The notes: generated by a model not told the origin, from the letters alone. Shown: positions 1-9,527, counted from the stretch's first letter. The stretch is DNA of 64,000 nucleotides from Dehalococcoidia bacterium (GCA_963662615.2 CAXXSR010000001.1:1536001-1600000); one strand, 5' to 3'. Made by a program: numbers and translations.

Positions 1-145
1 AGTCGGCGGCGGGGAGGAAGCCGTCAATGACAGCGTCGCCCTCCGCGAGGGCATTGAGGATCAGCGCGCGATGGGAGATGGACTTGTCGCCGGGGACCGT
101 CACGGTCCCCCGCAAGCGACGGACGGGTCGCAGTTGGACGGTCAT
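1..145 (-). CDS. aroA: 3-phosphoshikimate 1-carboxyvinyltransferase (EPSP synthase), N-terminal part; runs off the window
   Basis: Manual translation [36 protein letters not shown] contains the Aro[10 protein letters not shown] motif; lies downstream of tyrA. Confidence 0.93.
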   Translation of the reverse strand, partial: MTVQLRPVRRLRGTVTVPGDKSISHRALILNALAEGDAVIDGFLPAAD

Positions 146-169
146 GGGCTCCCCCGCGACGACGCCGGA

Positions 170-1174
170 CTAGGGCCGCTCTCGCGCTGCACGAGCGCCC
201 GGCGCAGCCCGTTTCGTGACCCCACGAAGACGCGCATAGATCTTAGGTCCCAGCAGCATCGCGGCCATGGATGGCCGCGAGTCCGGCACGGCGCCGCGGC
301 GCGGTTGGTCCTCGAGGTCCTCGCCCGCAAGGAAGCGGGCGCGATCGCTCTGCGCATTGGCGAACTCGGCCAAGATCTCCTCGTTGGGCCCGTCCAGCAG
401 ATCGCGGAACCGCTTCAGCTCCAAGATGTAGCGGTCGAGCCAGTACTGGATCTCCTCGCGGTTCATGGAGGCGATGTCGGCGGCCAGATCAGGGTCGCCT
501 GAGGCCAGGCGGGTGAGGTCGTGATAGGCGGGACCGGCGATCTTGCCGAAGTCGGCCCAGCTCTGGCTCCGGCGCAGCAGTGTGAAAAGAGCCGTGGACG
601 CCGCCAGGGGCAGGTGGCTGACGGCCGCCACGAAGTGGTCGTGCTCGTCGGCGGTCATGAAGCGCTCCTGCGCGCCAACGGCGTGAATCAAGCCGACTAC
701 CGAGCGTATCGCCGTCTCGCCTGCGCCCTCGCTGGGCACGACGGCGTAGGGCCGGCCTTGGAAGAGGCCCGCCTCCGCGTGCTCAACGCCGGCTTCCGTC
801 TTGCCGGCCAGGGGATGGCCGCCTACGAAGGAGACATGCTGCGGCAGGTGCTGCGCGGCCCACTCCAGAATGCGCCCTTTGGTTGAAGCGACATCCGTCA
901 CCACGGCGTCCGGCGCCAGCGCCGGCGCGATGGCTTCGAACACGTCCGCGATGCGCGCCGCGGGCGTCGCGACGACAACGAGGCCGGCGTCCGCTACGGC
1001 GGCGCGAGGGCTCTCAACGGCCCGATCCACGGCGCCGATCAGGCGCGCGCGCTCGCGGGCGCGGCCGTCCTCGTCGTAGCCCCAGATGGCCAGATCCTCA
1101 CGTGGGGTCGCCTTGAGAGCGAGGCCCAACGAGCCGCCGATCAGCCCGAGCCCAATGATGGCGATGCGCGCCAT
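170..1174 (-). CDS. tyrA: Prephenate dehydrogenase
   Basis: IAIIGLGLIGGSLG Rossmann motif, DVASTK, FVGGHPLAG, HDHFVAAVSHLP; start moved to ATG 1174. Confidence 0.92.
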   Translation of the reverse strand: MARIAIIGLGLIGGSLGLALKATPREDLAIWGYDEDGRARERARLIGAVDRAVESPRAAVADAGLVVVATPAARIADVFEAIAPALAPDAVVTDVASTKGRILEWAAQHLPQHVSFVGGHPLAGKTEAGVEHAEAGLFQGRPYAVVPSEGAGETAIRSVVGLIHAVGAQERFMTADEHDHFVAAVSHLPLAASTALFTLLRRSQSWADFGKIAGPAYHDLTRLASGDPDLAADIASMNREEIQYWLDRYILELKRFRDLLDGPNEEILAEFANAQSDRARFLAGEDLEDQPRRGAVPDSRPSMAAMLLGPKIYARLRGVTKRAAPGARAARERP

Positions 1175-1440
1175 GGAGTCTCCGGGAGGCGCGCAGGGGA
1201 GCGGGATCAGCGAATGCTCTACACGGGATGATCGAGCGCCTCGAGAGTACCGGGAGTATACCACCGGCTCGGGCATGCTCCGCGCGCCTCAGAGCGCGTC
1301 AGCGCACGTCCCTTGGACCCAATCGGTCGCGATGGTAGAGTCCAGCGGTACCACCGGCGCGCTCTGTCAGCCGGCGGCGGCGGCGCGCCGCCGGGAGAGT
1401 GTCCGTTGGCACGGCGGGGTCCGGCTGAAACGTGCCGCGC

Positions 1441-2589
1441 ATGCACATCGCGATCACGCGCGGGCGGCTGCTGGCCGCCGGCGCTCTCTTCCTGGCGCTC
1501 ATTGCGCTGATCCTCGGCATCCTTGTCCCGCCGCGCGCCTCCGACGCCGGCGCCGCGCGCGACGGTGACGGGCCCCGCCTGCTGATCAGCGAGTTCGGCC
1601 ACGTGGAGAGCACGATCTGGCTCGTCAACCCGGACGACCCGGCGCGCCGGCGGCGCTTTCTGCGCGTGGAGCACGCGCCCGGTTGGGAGTTGGCAGGCGC
1701 GCCGGCGCCCCACGGCGACGGGCTCGCCTACCTGGTCCTCCCGCCGGGGCACTACGACGCTCGGACCCAAGCGACGCTGCGCTTCACGACCGGCAACGGC
1801 GTACGCAGCCTGGCGACGGGCCTCGACCTCAAGGGCGGAGTTGCCTGGAGCGCCGACGGCGAGGCGCTCTACGTGCGGCGCTGGCGAGGCGGACCCAGCG
1901 GCCGCGAGACGTTCGAGCTCGTCGCGGTCGATCTCGCTGGGGGCGAAGAGCACACGCTGCTGGTCCGCAACGACGTCGCGGGCCTCTACCCCCTGGGCCG
2001 GCCTCGGAACGGCCCCGTGTACGCGGTCGTGATCGGTCGGCGGGGGAGTGAACTGTTGGCGATCGGCGACGGCGCCGCGCGGCCCCTGCAGCTCTCATCC
2101 GGCCTGACCCGCGATTGGCGCCTTTCGCCGGACGGCGAGCACCTGGCCTTTACCCGACAGCACGGCCTCCGACTCGAAGTTCGGATCGCGCCACTCACCA
2201 GCGGCGCCGCCGCCGACGCGGTACCGGCGGCGGTGCCTGCTGTGATCGCTCCGGCGGACGGAGTGCCACACGACGGAACCGCCTCCCCAGCGTGGCGCCC
2301 CGACGGCTCCCTCAGCGTGGGCGTCTTCGGCGAGCCGGACGGGTCGCCGACGCTGCGGGTGCCAGCGAGCGGCGACGGTGCGACGCTGGAGACGGTGCGC
2401 GACCGCGGCTTCGCCTTGCCGGTCGCCTGGTCTCCGGCGGGCACGTACCTCGCGGTGCGATCGTTCAGCGGCGTCGGCCCAAGTGACCCCGGCGAGGAAA
2501 CCGCCGCCGTCATCGCGCCCGACGGCGCGACTCTCATGATTCCAGGGAACTTCGTTTGCGTGCTGGGATGGTGGCATGGGGACGGCTAG
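1441..2589 (+). CDS. Secreted or membrane-anchored beta-propeller (TolB/PD40-like) protein
   Basis: N-terminal hydrophobic helix; repeated WSADG/LSPDG/WRPDG/WSPAG motifs. Confidence 0.65.
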   Translation: MHIAITRGRLLAAGALFLALIALILGILVPPRASDAGAARDGDGPRLLISEFGHVESTIWLVNPDDPARRRRFLRVEHAPGWELAGAPAPHGDGLAYLVLPPGHYDARTQATLRFTTGNGVRSLATGLDLKGGVAWSADGEALYVRRWRGGPSGRETFELVAVDLAGGEEHTLLVRNDVAGLYPLGRPRNGPVYAVVIGRRGSELLAIGDGAARPLQLSSGLTRDWRLSPDGEHLAFTRQHGLRLEVRIAPLTSGAAADAVPAAVPAVIAPADGVPHDGTASPAWRPDGSLSVGVFGEPDGSPTLRVPASGDGATLETVRDRGFALPVAWSPAGTYLAVRSFSGVGPSDPGEETAAVIAPDGATLMIPGNFVCVLGWWHGDG

Positions 2590-3988
2590 CCGGCGCCCGA
2601 CGGCGGGGGGCCGTGCTCGCTTGCCGGCGCTGCTGGCGGCGATCGCGGTCGGCGCGGTGGCGCTGCTGGCGCTGTACTCGCCCGCCCGCGGCGACGAGCT
2701 GATCTGCTCCGCGTTCGGCGGAGGCCCTCCCTACCCATTCGAGACGTACGAGGTGACTCGTGACCGTCAGCCCTATCTCCTCGCACAGCAGCTCGCGGCG
2801 CAGAACCTACTGCTCCCCCACGACCCGGCTTTCGCCCTGCCGGAGGTCCTGGTGGGAACGCCGTCTCAGCGAGAGCCCGACGAGGCCGCTCTGATCGCGC
2901 CGCAACTGCTTCACGCGATCGGCTGGATCGAGAGCGGGCTCAACCAGGCCGCCATTCAGGTGCCGTACGAGAGCGTCGGCGACGTGCTCCTCTCCTCGTC
3001 CTGCGCCTACGGGCTGATGCAGGTCGCGTCGTTCTTCAGCAACCAGGGCGACGTGCCCAGCCGCAGCGAGACGCTCGCTGGGACGCACTACGCCTACAAC
3101 GTCGCCGCCGGGGCGCGAATCCTTGTCGAAAAGTGGAACGCGGACTTCTTCCCCGCGGTCGGGAGGAGCGACCCGCGCTTTGTGGAGTCGTGGTACTACG
3201 CGATCTGGGCGTACAACGGCTGGGCGCTTGCCAACCACCCGGTGGGGCCGGAGGTGGACCCGTTTCGCCGCCTCCCCTACGGATGCGAGGGCCCCTACAA
3301 CGGCTACGCCTACCAAGAGCTGGTGCTTGGCTGCGTGGTCAATCCGCCCACCCTGGACGGCAACCGCCTCTGGACGCCGCTTCCCGTGCGCCTTCCCGAT
3401 CTCGCCAAACTGGGCACTATCGCCGGGCCGCTGAGCACAGAGGCGTTCTTCGACGGCTGGGCCACCGTCCTCAGCGCCTCCTTCGCGGACGAGGAGGTCG
3501 CGCGGCCGTTCTCGGCGATGGACATGATCTTGCCGCCCACCGCGGCGATCGTCGCAGCGCGGATGCTCGACCCCGCCACCGCCGCAGCGATCCAAGCCGA
3601 GATCCTGGGACCGCCCTTGCTCACCTTGGACACGACGACGTTCGAGCTCAAGGTCACGGACGATGCCGTGGAAGCGGGTGCGCTCACCATTGGCAACGCC
3701 GGCCGCGGAATCCTGGTCTACCGGCTTGTTCCCCAGCAGGACTGGCTGCAGGTCAGCCGGCCCGCCGGCGTGGCGATCGGCTCCGACGTGCCCCTGAAGA
3801 GCGACACATCCCGCAGCGCCACCGTGCTCGTGCTTCCCAACGCCGAGGGCCTCGCGGAGGGGCTCCACCAGGGGACTATCATGGTGGAAGTGCTGCTTCC
3901 GGACGGCAGCGTGCAAACTGAGACGGTCGCCGTCTTGGTGGACAAGCAGGGCGTGCCGCGCTACGAAGCCGGGACGCCGCGGAGCTAG
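2576..3988 (+). CDS. Secreted lysozyme/lytic-transglycosylase-like protein with C-terminal Ig-like (BACON-type) domain
   Basis: Signal peptide; AIGWIESG, YGLMQV, YNVAAGA, AIWAYNG motifs; C-terminal WLQVSRPAG...GLAEGLHQGTI. Confidence 0.6.
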   Translation: MGTASRRPTAGGRARLPALLAAIAVGAVALLALYSPARGDELICSAFGGGPPYPFETYEVTRDRQPYLLAQQLAAQNLLLPHDPAFALPEVLVGTPSQREPDEAALIAPQLLHAIGWIESGLNQAAIQVPYESVGDVLLSSSCAYGLMQVASFFSNQGDVPSRSETLAGTHYAYNVAAGARILVEKWNADFFPAVGRSDPRFVESWYYAIWAYNGWALANHPVGPEVDPFRRLPYGCEGPYNGYAYQELVLGCVVNPPTLDGNRLWTPLPVRLPDLAKLGTIAGPLSTEAFFDGWATVLSASFADEEVARPFSAMDMILPPTAAIVAARMLDPATAAAIQAEILGPPLLTLDTTTFELKVTDDAVEAGALTIGNAGRGILVYRLVPQQDWLQVSRPAGVAIGSDVPLKSDTSRSATVLVLPNAEGLAEGLHQGTIMVEVLLPDGSVQTETVAVLVDKQGVPRYEAGTPRS

Positions 3989-4037
3989 GCCGCAGCGAAG
4001 CGCCGTGCAGCGTGAGAGGCCCCCAGTGCTCAACCGC

Positions 4038-4514
4038 ATGATCGGCTCCATGCGTCGGAACCATGCCCTGGAGCACGCAACCGTGTCCGTGTTGCTGAGC
4101 CGACTGGGTCCCAACATCCGGCTGGTGGGCCGGGCCGTCAGCAGCGGCTTCTACATCTACGGCAATGTGCCGGCGCAAGAGTTGGAGGCGGCGGCGGCAG
4201 AGGCGCTGGTGCGGATGCAGCGGGGCGAGAAACAGCTGGCCGTCTCTCCCCTCTGCGGGACGAATCTGGCGGTGGCGGGCACCTTGGCCGGCGTTGCCGC
4301 CCTGCTGACGGTGGGCAGCGGCAACCGCTGGGAGCGGATGCCCAATGTGCTCATGAGCGCCATGCTGGCGGTGCTGGCCGGCCAGCCGCTCGGCCGGCTG
4401 GCGCAGAAGCATCTCACCACCGACGCCGACCTCGCCGACACGCGCATCGTGGGCTTCCGGCACGGCGGGCGGGGTGGGCGGCGCTACACCAAAGTGGAGA
4501 CGGCGCGATCGTAA
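4038..4514 (+). CDS. DUF6391-family protein
   Basis: RRNHALEHAT and LAVSPLCGTN motifs; two hydrophobic segments. Confidence 0.7.
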   Translation: MIGSMRRNHALEHATVSVLLSRLGPNIRLVGRAVSSGFYIYGNVPAQELEAAAAEALVRMQRGEKQLAVSPLCGTNLAVAGTLAGVAALLTVGSGNRWERMPNVLMSAMLAVLAGQPLGRLAQKHLTTDADLADTRIVGFRHGGRGGRRYTKVETARS

Positions 4515-4603
4515 GGTGGCGACGCGCTGCGACGCAGCCGTGGGACAGTGAAGTAAGACAGCGCCGACGCTGGGCGCAACGGCCGCGCCGCGATTCCCAT
4601 GCC

Positions 4604-4680
4604 GCCCCCGTAGCTCAACTGGATAGAGCAGCGGCGTTCTAATCCGCAGGTTGCAGGTTCGAGTCCTGCCGGGGGCGCCA
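4604..4680 (+). tRNA. tRNA-Arg (anticodon TCT)
   Basis: 77-nt cloverleaf: acceptor GCCCCCG/CGGGGGC, D arm GCTC/GAGC, anticodon TCT, GGTTCGAGTCC T arm, encoded CCA. Confidence 0.95.
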
Positions 4681-4973
4681 GGTTTCGCCAAACGAGAATG
4701 CTGGACACGCGCGTGGTGCACCACGCGCGCAGGCGGCGGCGCGGCCCCTTCGGGAATCTTGCACCCTCCCGTCACCCATCGGTGGTGGACCCATAGACGT
4801 GTCAGGAGTTGCTGCCGCCCGCGCAGCGCTATCGGAGCGAAGGTGACTACCGGCCCCATGTGCCCCTACAGTCCCAAGGAGCAGCCGCCCCCACCCGAGC
4901 GCTGGCATCGCCAGGGCATCCCCGGTACGAGTGCGGGGGCGGTCGCGGACAGCACGGACGGAAGGAGCTTCCC

Positions 4974-5414
4974 ATGGCCGAATTGAAGCTCGCCTACCAG
5001 GTGAGGAGCTACAGCTCCGGTACCCTGGGACGCGCCATTTGTAACGCCCGCAACCACCACTTTGTCGCCGACGGCCCGGACGGGGACGAACTGGGCGCCT
5101 CAGAGTTGTTCCTCTCCGGCATCGGCGCCTGCGCGGTGAACATGGTGGAGCGGGTGGCCAAGGATGAAGAGATCCCCGTGGACTGGATGGACGTCAGCGT
5201 GGCGGCCTACCGGGACCCCGACAAGGTTCCGGCGAAAATAAGCGTCTACGACGACGTGCGGGTCCACCTCCAGATATGGGGTGTTGACGACACCCAAGGT
5301 CAGCACCTCGTGGACGTGTGGAAGCAGCGTTGACCCCTCTACGGTTCGGTCGCCGTGGCGACCCCCAGCACCAGCGTCACCTCAGAGATTTACGCCGGTC
5401 CGCACCAGCGGTAG
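4974..5414 (+). CDS. OsmC/Ohr-family protein, predicted selenoprotein (Sec at TGA 5331-5333)
   Basis: RBS AAGGAG; ELFLSGIGAC first Cys; WKQR-TGA-PLYGSV matches the second conserved C-P; frame continues 26 codons to TAG 5412-5414; SECIS-like hairpin follows. Confidence 0.85.
5348..5363 (+). promoter_or_regulatory. Bacterial SECIS-like hairpin
   Basis: GGTCGC-CGTG-GCGACC; loop begins 20 nt after the TGA and has G (followed by U) at loop position 2. Confidence 0.75.
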
Positions 5415-5562
5415 TGGACAGGCGCCACCGCACAAGCCAATCGCCTGCTCCGCATTCCAACCCTCCTCCTCCGCCCTCCTGAAGCGGCTTGGCGAGGTTC
5501 CATCATGGTCGGATTGCGCGCCGTCGACGGGGCTCGAACCTAGAGCCTTCCGGACCCCCGGT

Positions 5563-5746
5563 GACATTCAACCCGACATCCAACCCGCTGGACAACCACG
5601 GCGCGCGGCGGCACGCGATGGACGGCGCGCGCGTCTGAGCCCGTGGCGACGCGGCCTCTACGGCCACGTGTGGACGTCCACGGACACATGACAGTCGGCC
5701 CTCTAATCCGCAGGTTGCAGGTTCGAGTCCTGCGCCGGGGGCGCCA
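5563..5746 (+). repeat. att repeat copy A: arm-type 12-bp repeats, conserved spacer and tRNA-Arg 3' half
   Basis: GACATTCAACCC-GACATCCAACCC at 5563-5586; TCTAATCCGCAGG...GGGGGCGCCA at 5702-5746 with a 2-nt insertion. Confidence 0.9.
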
Positions 5747-5877
5747 GAATTTCCAATCCGGTAGCCGGCCGCTCGCATGTCCCTACGCAACGGTCACGGC
5801 TCGTTTGACAGCCAATCGCCGGGCCACATGGAAGCCGACGGGGCCCGCTACAATATCCCTTTCCTAGGAGTGAAGCG

Positions 5878-7020
5878 ATGGATCTCGGGTATTTCATGAT
5901 GCCGGCCCATCCGCCGGAGCGAAAACCGTACGACTGGCACCAAACGGACCTGCAGGCGCTTCGCTGGGGCGATGAGCTGGGGGTCACCGAGGCCTGGATC
6001 GGCGAGCATTTCACGGTCGCCTGGGAGCCGAACCCGGCCCCGGATCTGACGATCGCGCAGGCCTTGCTGCAGACCAAGCGGATCAAGCTCGCGGCCGGCG
6101 CGCACTTGCTGCCGTATCACAATCCGGTGGAGCTGGCGCATCGGGTCGCCTTCCTCGATCACCTGGCGCAGGGGCGCCTCCAGCTTGGCGTCGGCGCCGG
6201 CGGCCACGTCGGCGATTTCCTGGCGTTTGATGTGGACGGCCAAAACGGCGAGAACCGCACCATGATGTTCGAGGCGCTCCAGATCATGATGGGCATCTGG
6301 GCGGCGGAAGGCGCGTATCAGTACAAAGGCAAGTACTGGAGCGTAAACATTCCGGAGTCGATGGTCGCGGGCAACTATACCCATCACATGCACACGTTCA
6401 CCAAACCGCATCCGCCGATCGGCATCGCCGTGGTGACACCGCGATCCGACACGATCAAGTTCTGCGGGGCGAACGGGTTCATGCCCTTGAGCATTCATCT
6501 CAACGACACCTACACGGTTGGTCACTGGGAGACCTACGTCGAATCCGCGGAAGCGAACGGCATCACGCCCGATCGCAACAAGTGGCGGATTTACGCCGAG
6601 ATTCTGGTCGCCGAGACGGATGCCGAAGCGGAGAAGCTGGCCTTTGAAGGGCCGCTGGGCCGCGCTTGCCGCGAATATGCTTGGCAGATCTTCAACACGT
6701 TCGGGTTCCTCAAGCATATGAAGCTCGACCCCTCGATTCCGGATTCGGAGGTGACGCCGGAGTACATCATGCGGAATTGCTGGATCATCGGCTCAGTCGA
6801 AACCGTCACCGATCGGCTCGTCGAGCTCTACAACAAGACCGGCGGCTTCGGCACCTTGCTGTGGAGCCCGACCGACTATGGCGAACATCCCGAGCGGATG
6901 CGCCATACGTTGGAACTGCTGTTGAACGAGGTGCTGCCGCGGGTGAACAAGAACGTTCAGCCGCTCCCAGCGGCCACAGATTCGACGCAGGCGAGTAACC
7001 GCGTACTCCACGTCCGTTGA
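5878..7020 (+). CDS. LLM-class (luciferase-like) flavin-dependent oxidoreductase
   Basis: GYFMMPAHPP, AWIGEHF, LLPYHNPVELAHRVAFLDHL, KPHPPI, GGFGTLL. Confidence 0.92.
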   Translation: MDLGYFMMPAHPPERKPYDWHQTDLQALRWGDELGVTEAWIGEHFTVAWEPNPAPDLTIAQALLQTKRIKLAAGAHLLPYHNPVELAHRVAFLDHLAQGRLQLGVGAGGHVGDFLAFDVDGQNGENRTMMFEALQIMMGIWAAEGAYQYKGKYWSVNIPESMVAGNYTHHMHTFTKPHPPIGIAVVTPRSDTIKFCGANGFMPLSIHLNDTYTVGHWETYVESAEANGITPDRNKWRIYAEILVAETDAEAEKLAFEGPLGRACREYAWQIFNTFGFLKHMKLDPSIPDSEVTPEYIMRNCWIIGSVETVTDRLVELYNKTGGFGTLLWSPTDYGEHPERMRHTLELLLNEVLPRVNKNVQPLPAATDSTQASNRVLHVR

Positions 7021-7200
7021 CATCCAATCTGACAGTTGCGCGTGTGGACAACGACGGCACGCGGTGGCACCCGGGGGACGAAGGGCGCGTCTCTACCCCT
7101 TGAACCATGGCCTCCACGGCCACGTGCGGACGCCCAGGGACGCCCGACGGTCGGCCTTCTCATCCGCAGGTTGCAGGTTCGAGTCCTGCCGGGGGCGCCA
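7019..7200 (+). repeat. att repeat copy B: arm, conserved spacer and tRNA-Arg 3' half
   Basis: 7157-7200 matches tRNA 4637-4680 except one base; the upstream ~140 bp aligns with 5563-5701. Confidence 0.9.
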
Positions 7201-7855
7201 AGTTTCTCGCCGAGAGTGAAGCGCGGTCGCCGTGACCAACCGGACCGCGGCAATGTAATCTCCGCCGAACATCCAGCGTCCAACAGCGTTGGGTCCGGCC
7301 GGGAGGGCCGGACGGGCCAGGCGCGAAGATGCATCTCTTCGCCGTCGAGAGAGGCCTCACGCTCATCGAGCCCCGCGAAAATGCGCCCTCAGGCCGCGGG
7401 TAGGTACGCGACGATCTGACGGTTGCCGGCATCGGACGGCCGCCGGATCGGGCGCCGGCGCGCGGATTTACCTTGGCTTTACCTCACTCTGGAACCAGCG
7501 AGCTGGGCCGCGCGTCTTGCCGATCAGGAACCGTTCCGTGGGCAAGCAACGCGCTGCGTGTGAGTCTCGTGTTGAGGGCGTGACAGACCGACGCACCTGG
7601 CATGGGCGATAGTGGAGATGCGTTGCTCGGACGGCGCCCGCGAACGGGCCAACAGGCCGGAACGTGGGCGGTCGAGAAGCGCCGCAGACCCAACGAGAGC
7701 CCAGGCGCAGGGCAGATCCGGATCTACTCGTGTGGGGACGGGCCGCCGTTCAGTCCTCCGGCGAATCTTCACCCTTCCTGAGACGGGGAGAGAGTTCCGC
7801 CGCCCGTCCTGTCTGAATACGACCGTGCTGTCTGAATACGAAAGGTGACCATCGA

Positions 7856-8380
7856 ATGCAACAACTCGTCACATCCGTTCTTCGGCCCCTCCGCCGATCC
7901 TCTCTGCGCTCTCACCCTCAGGTCGGCGCGCTCCGAGATATCCCTCTGTTCGATCACCTCGACGACGCGGCGCTGGCGAGACTCGCCCGGCACGTCGATC
8001 GGGTGACCGTTGGCGCGGGTACAGTCCTGGTTCGCCAGGGGGCGCGTCCGTCCCGCGATCTCCTGCTCATTCTCGACGGGGCAGTTCGCATCGAACGAGA
8101 CGGCGGGGAGCTGGCGCGGCTCGGCAGCGGGGATTTCCTCGGCGAGCTGTCCCTCCTGGACGGCATGCCGACCACCGCAACGGCGATCGTCGAGACGCGA
8201 ACAGATCTCTTGATCCTTCACCGCGATGGGTTCATGCAGTTGCTCGACACGGATCCGCTCTTCCTGCGCAAGCTCACGCTCGCGCTTGGGCGGCGGCTTC
8301 GCGCCACCAACGAGGCGGTAGCCGGCTTAGGACGCGCGCAGCGGTCCCTCAGTCGGGGAGATTCCGGATCACCTCCGTGA
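7856..8380 (+). CDS. Cyclic nucleotide-binding domain protein
   Basis: LRDIPLF, LVRQG, GDFLGELSLLDGMPTTATA. Confidence 0.85.
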   Translation: MQQLVTSVLRPLRRSSLRSHPQVGALRDIPLFDHLDDAALARLARHVDRVTVGAGTVLVRQGARPSRDLLLILDGAVRIERDGGELARLGSGDFLGELSLLDGMPTTATAIVETRTDLLILHRDGFMQLLDTDPLFLRKLTLALGRRLRATNEAVAGLGRAQRSLSRGDSGSPP

Positions 8381-8581
8381 CGAAGGTTCGCTCCGACACG
8401 GCTCCGCACCACGCTACCTGCGCCAAGGCTCCGCGGAGCCGCTCTCCGATGGTGCCTCACGACGCGCGACCTTCCTCGCGGCTGCATGAACGCACGCACG
8501 CACCCGGCAAGATCTGCTTGACAGCACCGACTAGCCTTTGCTGTGTCCGCGATCCAGCGGCACCGCAGGAGGTCAGGACGG

Positions 8582-9493
8582 ATGGCGCTGCCGCAGCACG
8601 TCACGATTACCGAGGTGGACCCGCGCGACGGCCTCCAGAACGAGGAGCGGATCGTTGACACCGACCGCAAGGTCGCCTTCATCGACGCCCTGGCCGCCGC
8701 CGGCCTGCGCCGCATTGAGGCGGTCTCCTTCGTCAATCCCAAGTGGGTCCCGCAAATGCACGACGCCGCGGCGCTGATGGCCGCCCTGCCCCGACGCCCT
8801 GGGGTGACGTACATCGCGCTGGTGCCGAACGAGACCGGAGCGTGCAACGCGCTCAGCGCCGGCGTCGATGAGCTGGGCACGGTGCTCTCCGCCACGGAGA
8901 CGCACAACCGCAAGAACGTCAACCGCTCGATCGACGAGTCGCTGGCGGGCGTTGAGGTCGTGGCGCGGCTGGCCGCCGCCGCAAATACGCCCTGGGACGG
9001 CTACATCTCCTGCGCCTTCGGCTGCCCCTATGAGGGTCCCGTCCCTCTCGACGCCGTGCTCAGCATCGCCGAGCGCCTCCGCGGGCTGGGCACCGCCGGC
9101 ATCTCCCTGGGCGACACCGTCGGCAGCGGCAACCCCCGTCAGGTCAAAGAGACCGTGCGCGCCTTCCGCCGGGCCCTCCCGGGCACGCCGCTGCGCCTCC
9201 ACTTCCACGACACGCGCGGCACGGGCCTGCCCAACGTACTGGCCGCCCTGGAAGAGGGCGTGGACCGCTTCGACGGCTCCGTGGGCGGGCTGGGCGGCTG
9301 CCCCTACGCACCCGGCGCCGCCGGCAACGTGGCCACGGAGGACCTGGTCTACATGCTTGAGGAGATGGGCATATCGAGCGGCGTCAACCTGGAGAAGCTG
9401 ATCGCCGTCGCCCGCGAGTCCGAAGAGATGGTCGGCCGCGCCCTTCCCGGCCGCGTCAAGCAAGCCACGCTCATCGCCCGTCCGTCCGCATAG
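8582..9493 (+). CDS. Hydroxymethylglutaryl-CoA lyase family protein
   Basis: EVDPRDGLQNE, SFVNPKWVPQM, LHFHDTRG, GLGGCPYAPGAAGNVATED. Confidence 0.92.
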   Translation: MALPQHVTITEVDPRDGLQNEERIVDTDRKVAFIDALAAAGLRRIEAVSFVNPKWVPQMHDAAALMAALPRRPGVTYIALVPNETGACNALSAGVDELGTVLSATETHNRKNVNRSIDESLAGVEVVARLAAAANTPWDGYISCAFGCPYEGPVPLDAVLSIAERLRGLGTAGISLGDTVGSGNPRQVKETVRAFRRALPGTPLRLHFHDTRGTGLPNVLAALEEGVDRFDGSVGGLGGCPYAPGAAGNVATEDLVYMLEEMGISSGVNLEKLIAVARESEEMVGRALPGRVKQATLIARPSA

Positions 9494-9527
9494 TCCGTCC
9501 ACATAGTCCGGCCGAATAGTCCAGCCC
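9480..9527 (+). repeat. Imperfect 13-bp tandem repeat (about 3.5 copies) across the stop codon
   Basis: GTCCGTCCGCATA GTCCGTCCACATA GTCCGGCCGAATA GTCCAGCCC. Confidence 0.7.

Larger units (their letters stand above)
4681..5746. mobile_element. Integrase-less tRNA-targeted cassette 1 (about 1.07 kb; cargo OsmC-like selenoprotein)
   Basis: Bounded by the tRNA and a copy of its 3' half at 5702-5746; right arm homologous to that of cassette 2. Confidence 0.75.
5747..7200. mobile_element. Integrase-less tRNA-targeted cassette 2 (about 1.45 kb; cargo LLM monooxygenase)
   Basis: Lies between two tRNA 3'-half copies; arm motif GACAGCCAATC at 5807 and GACATCCAATC at 7019. Confidence 0.75.

Noticed and set aside
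5702-7200. Additional tRNA genes at 5702 and 7157
   Set aside because: Only 3' halves are present, with no D arm or 5' acceptor strand; they are att-site remnants
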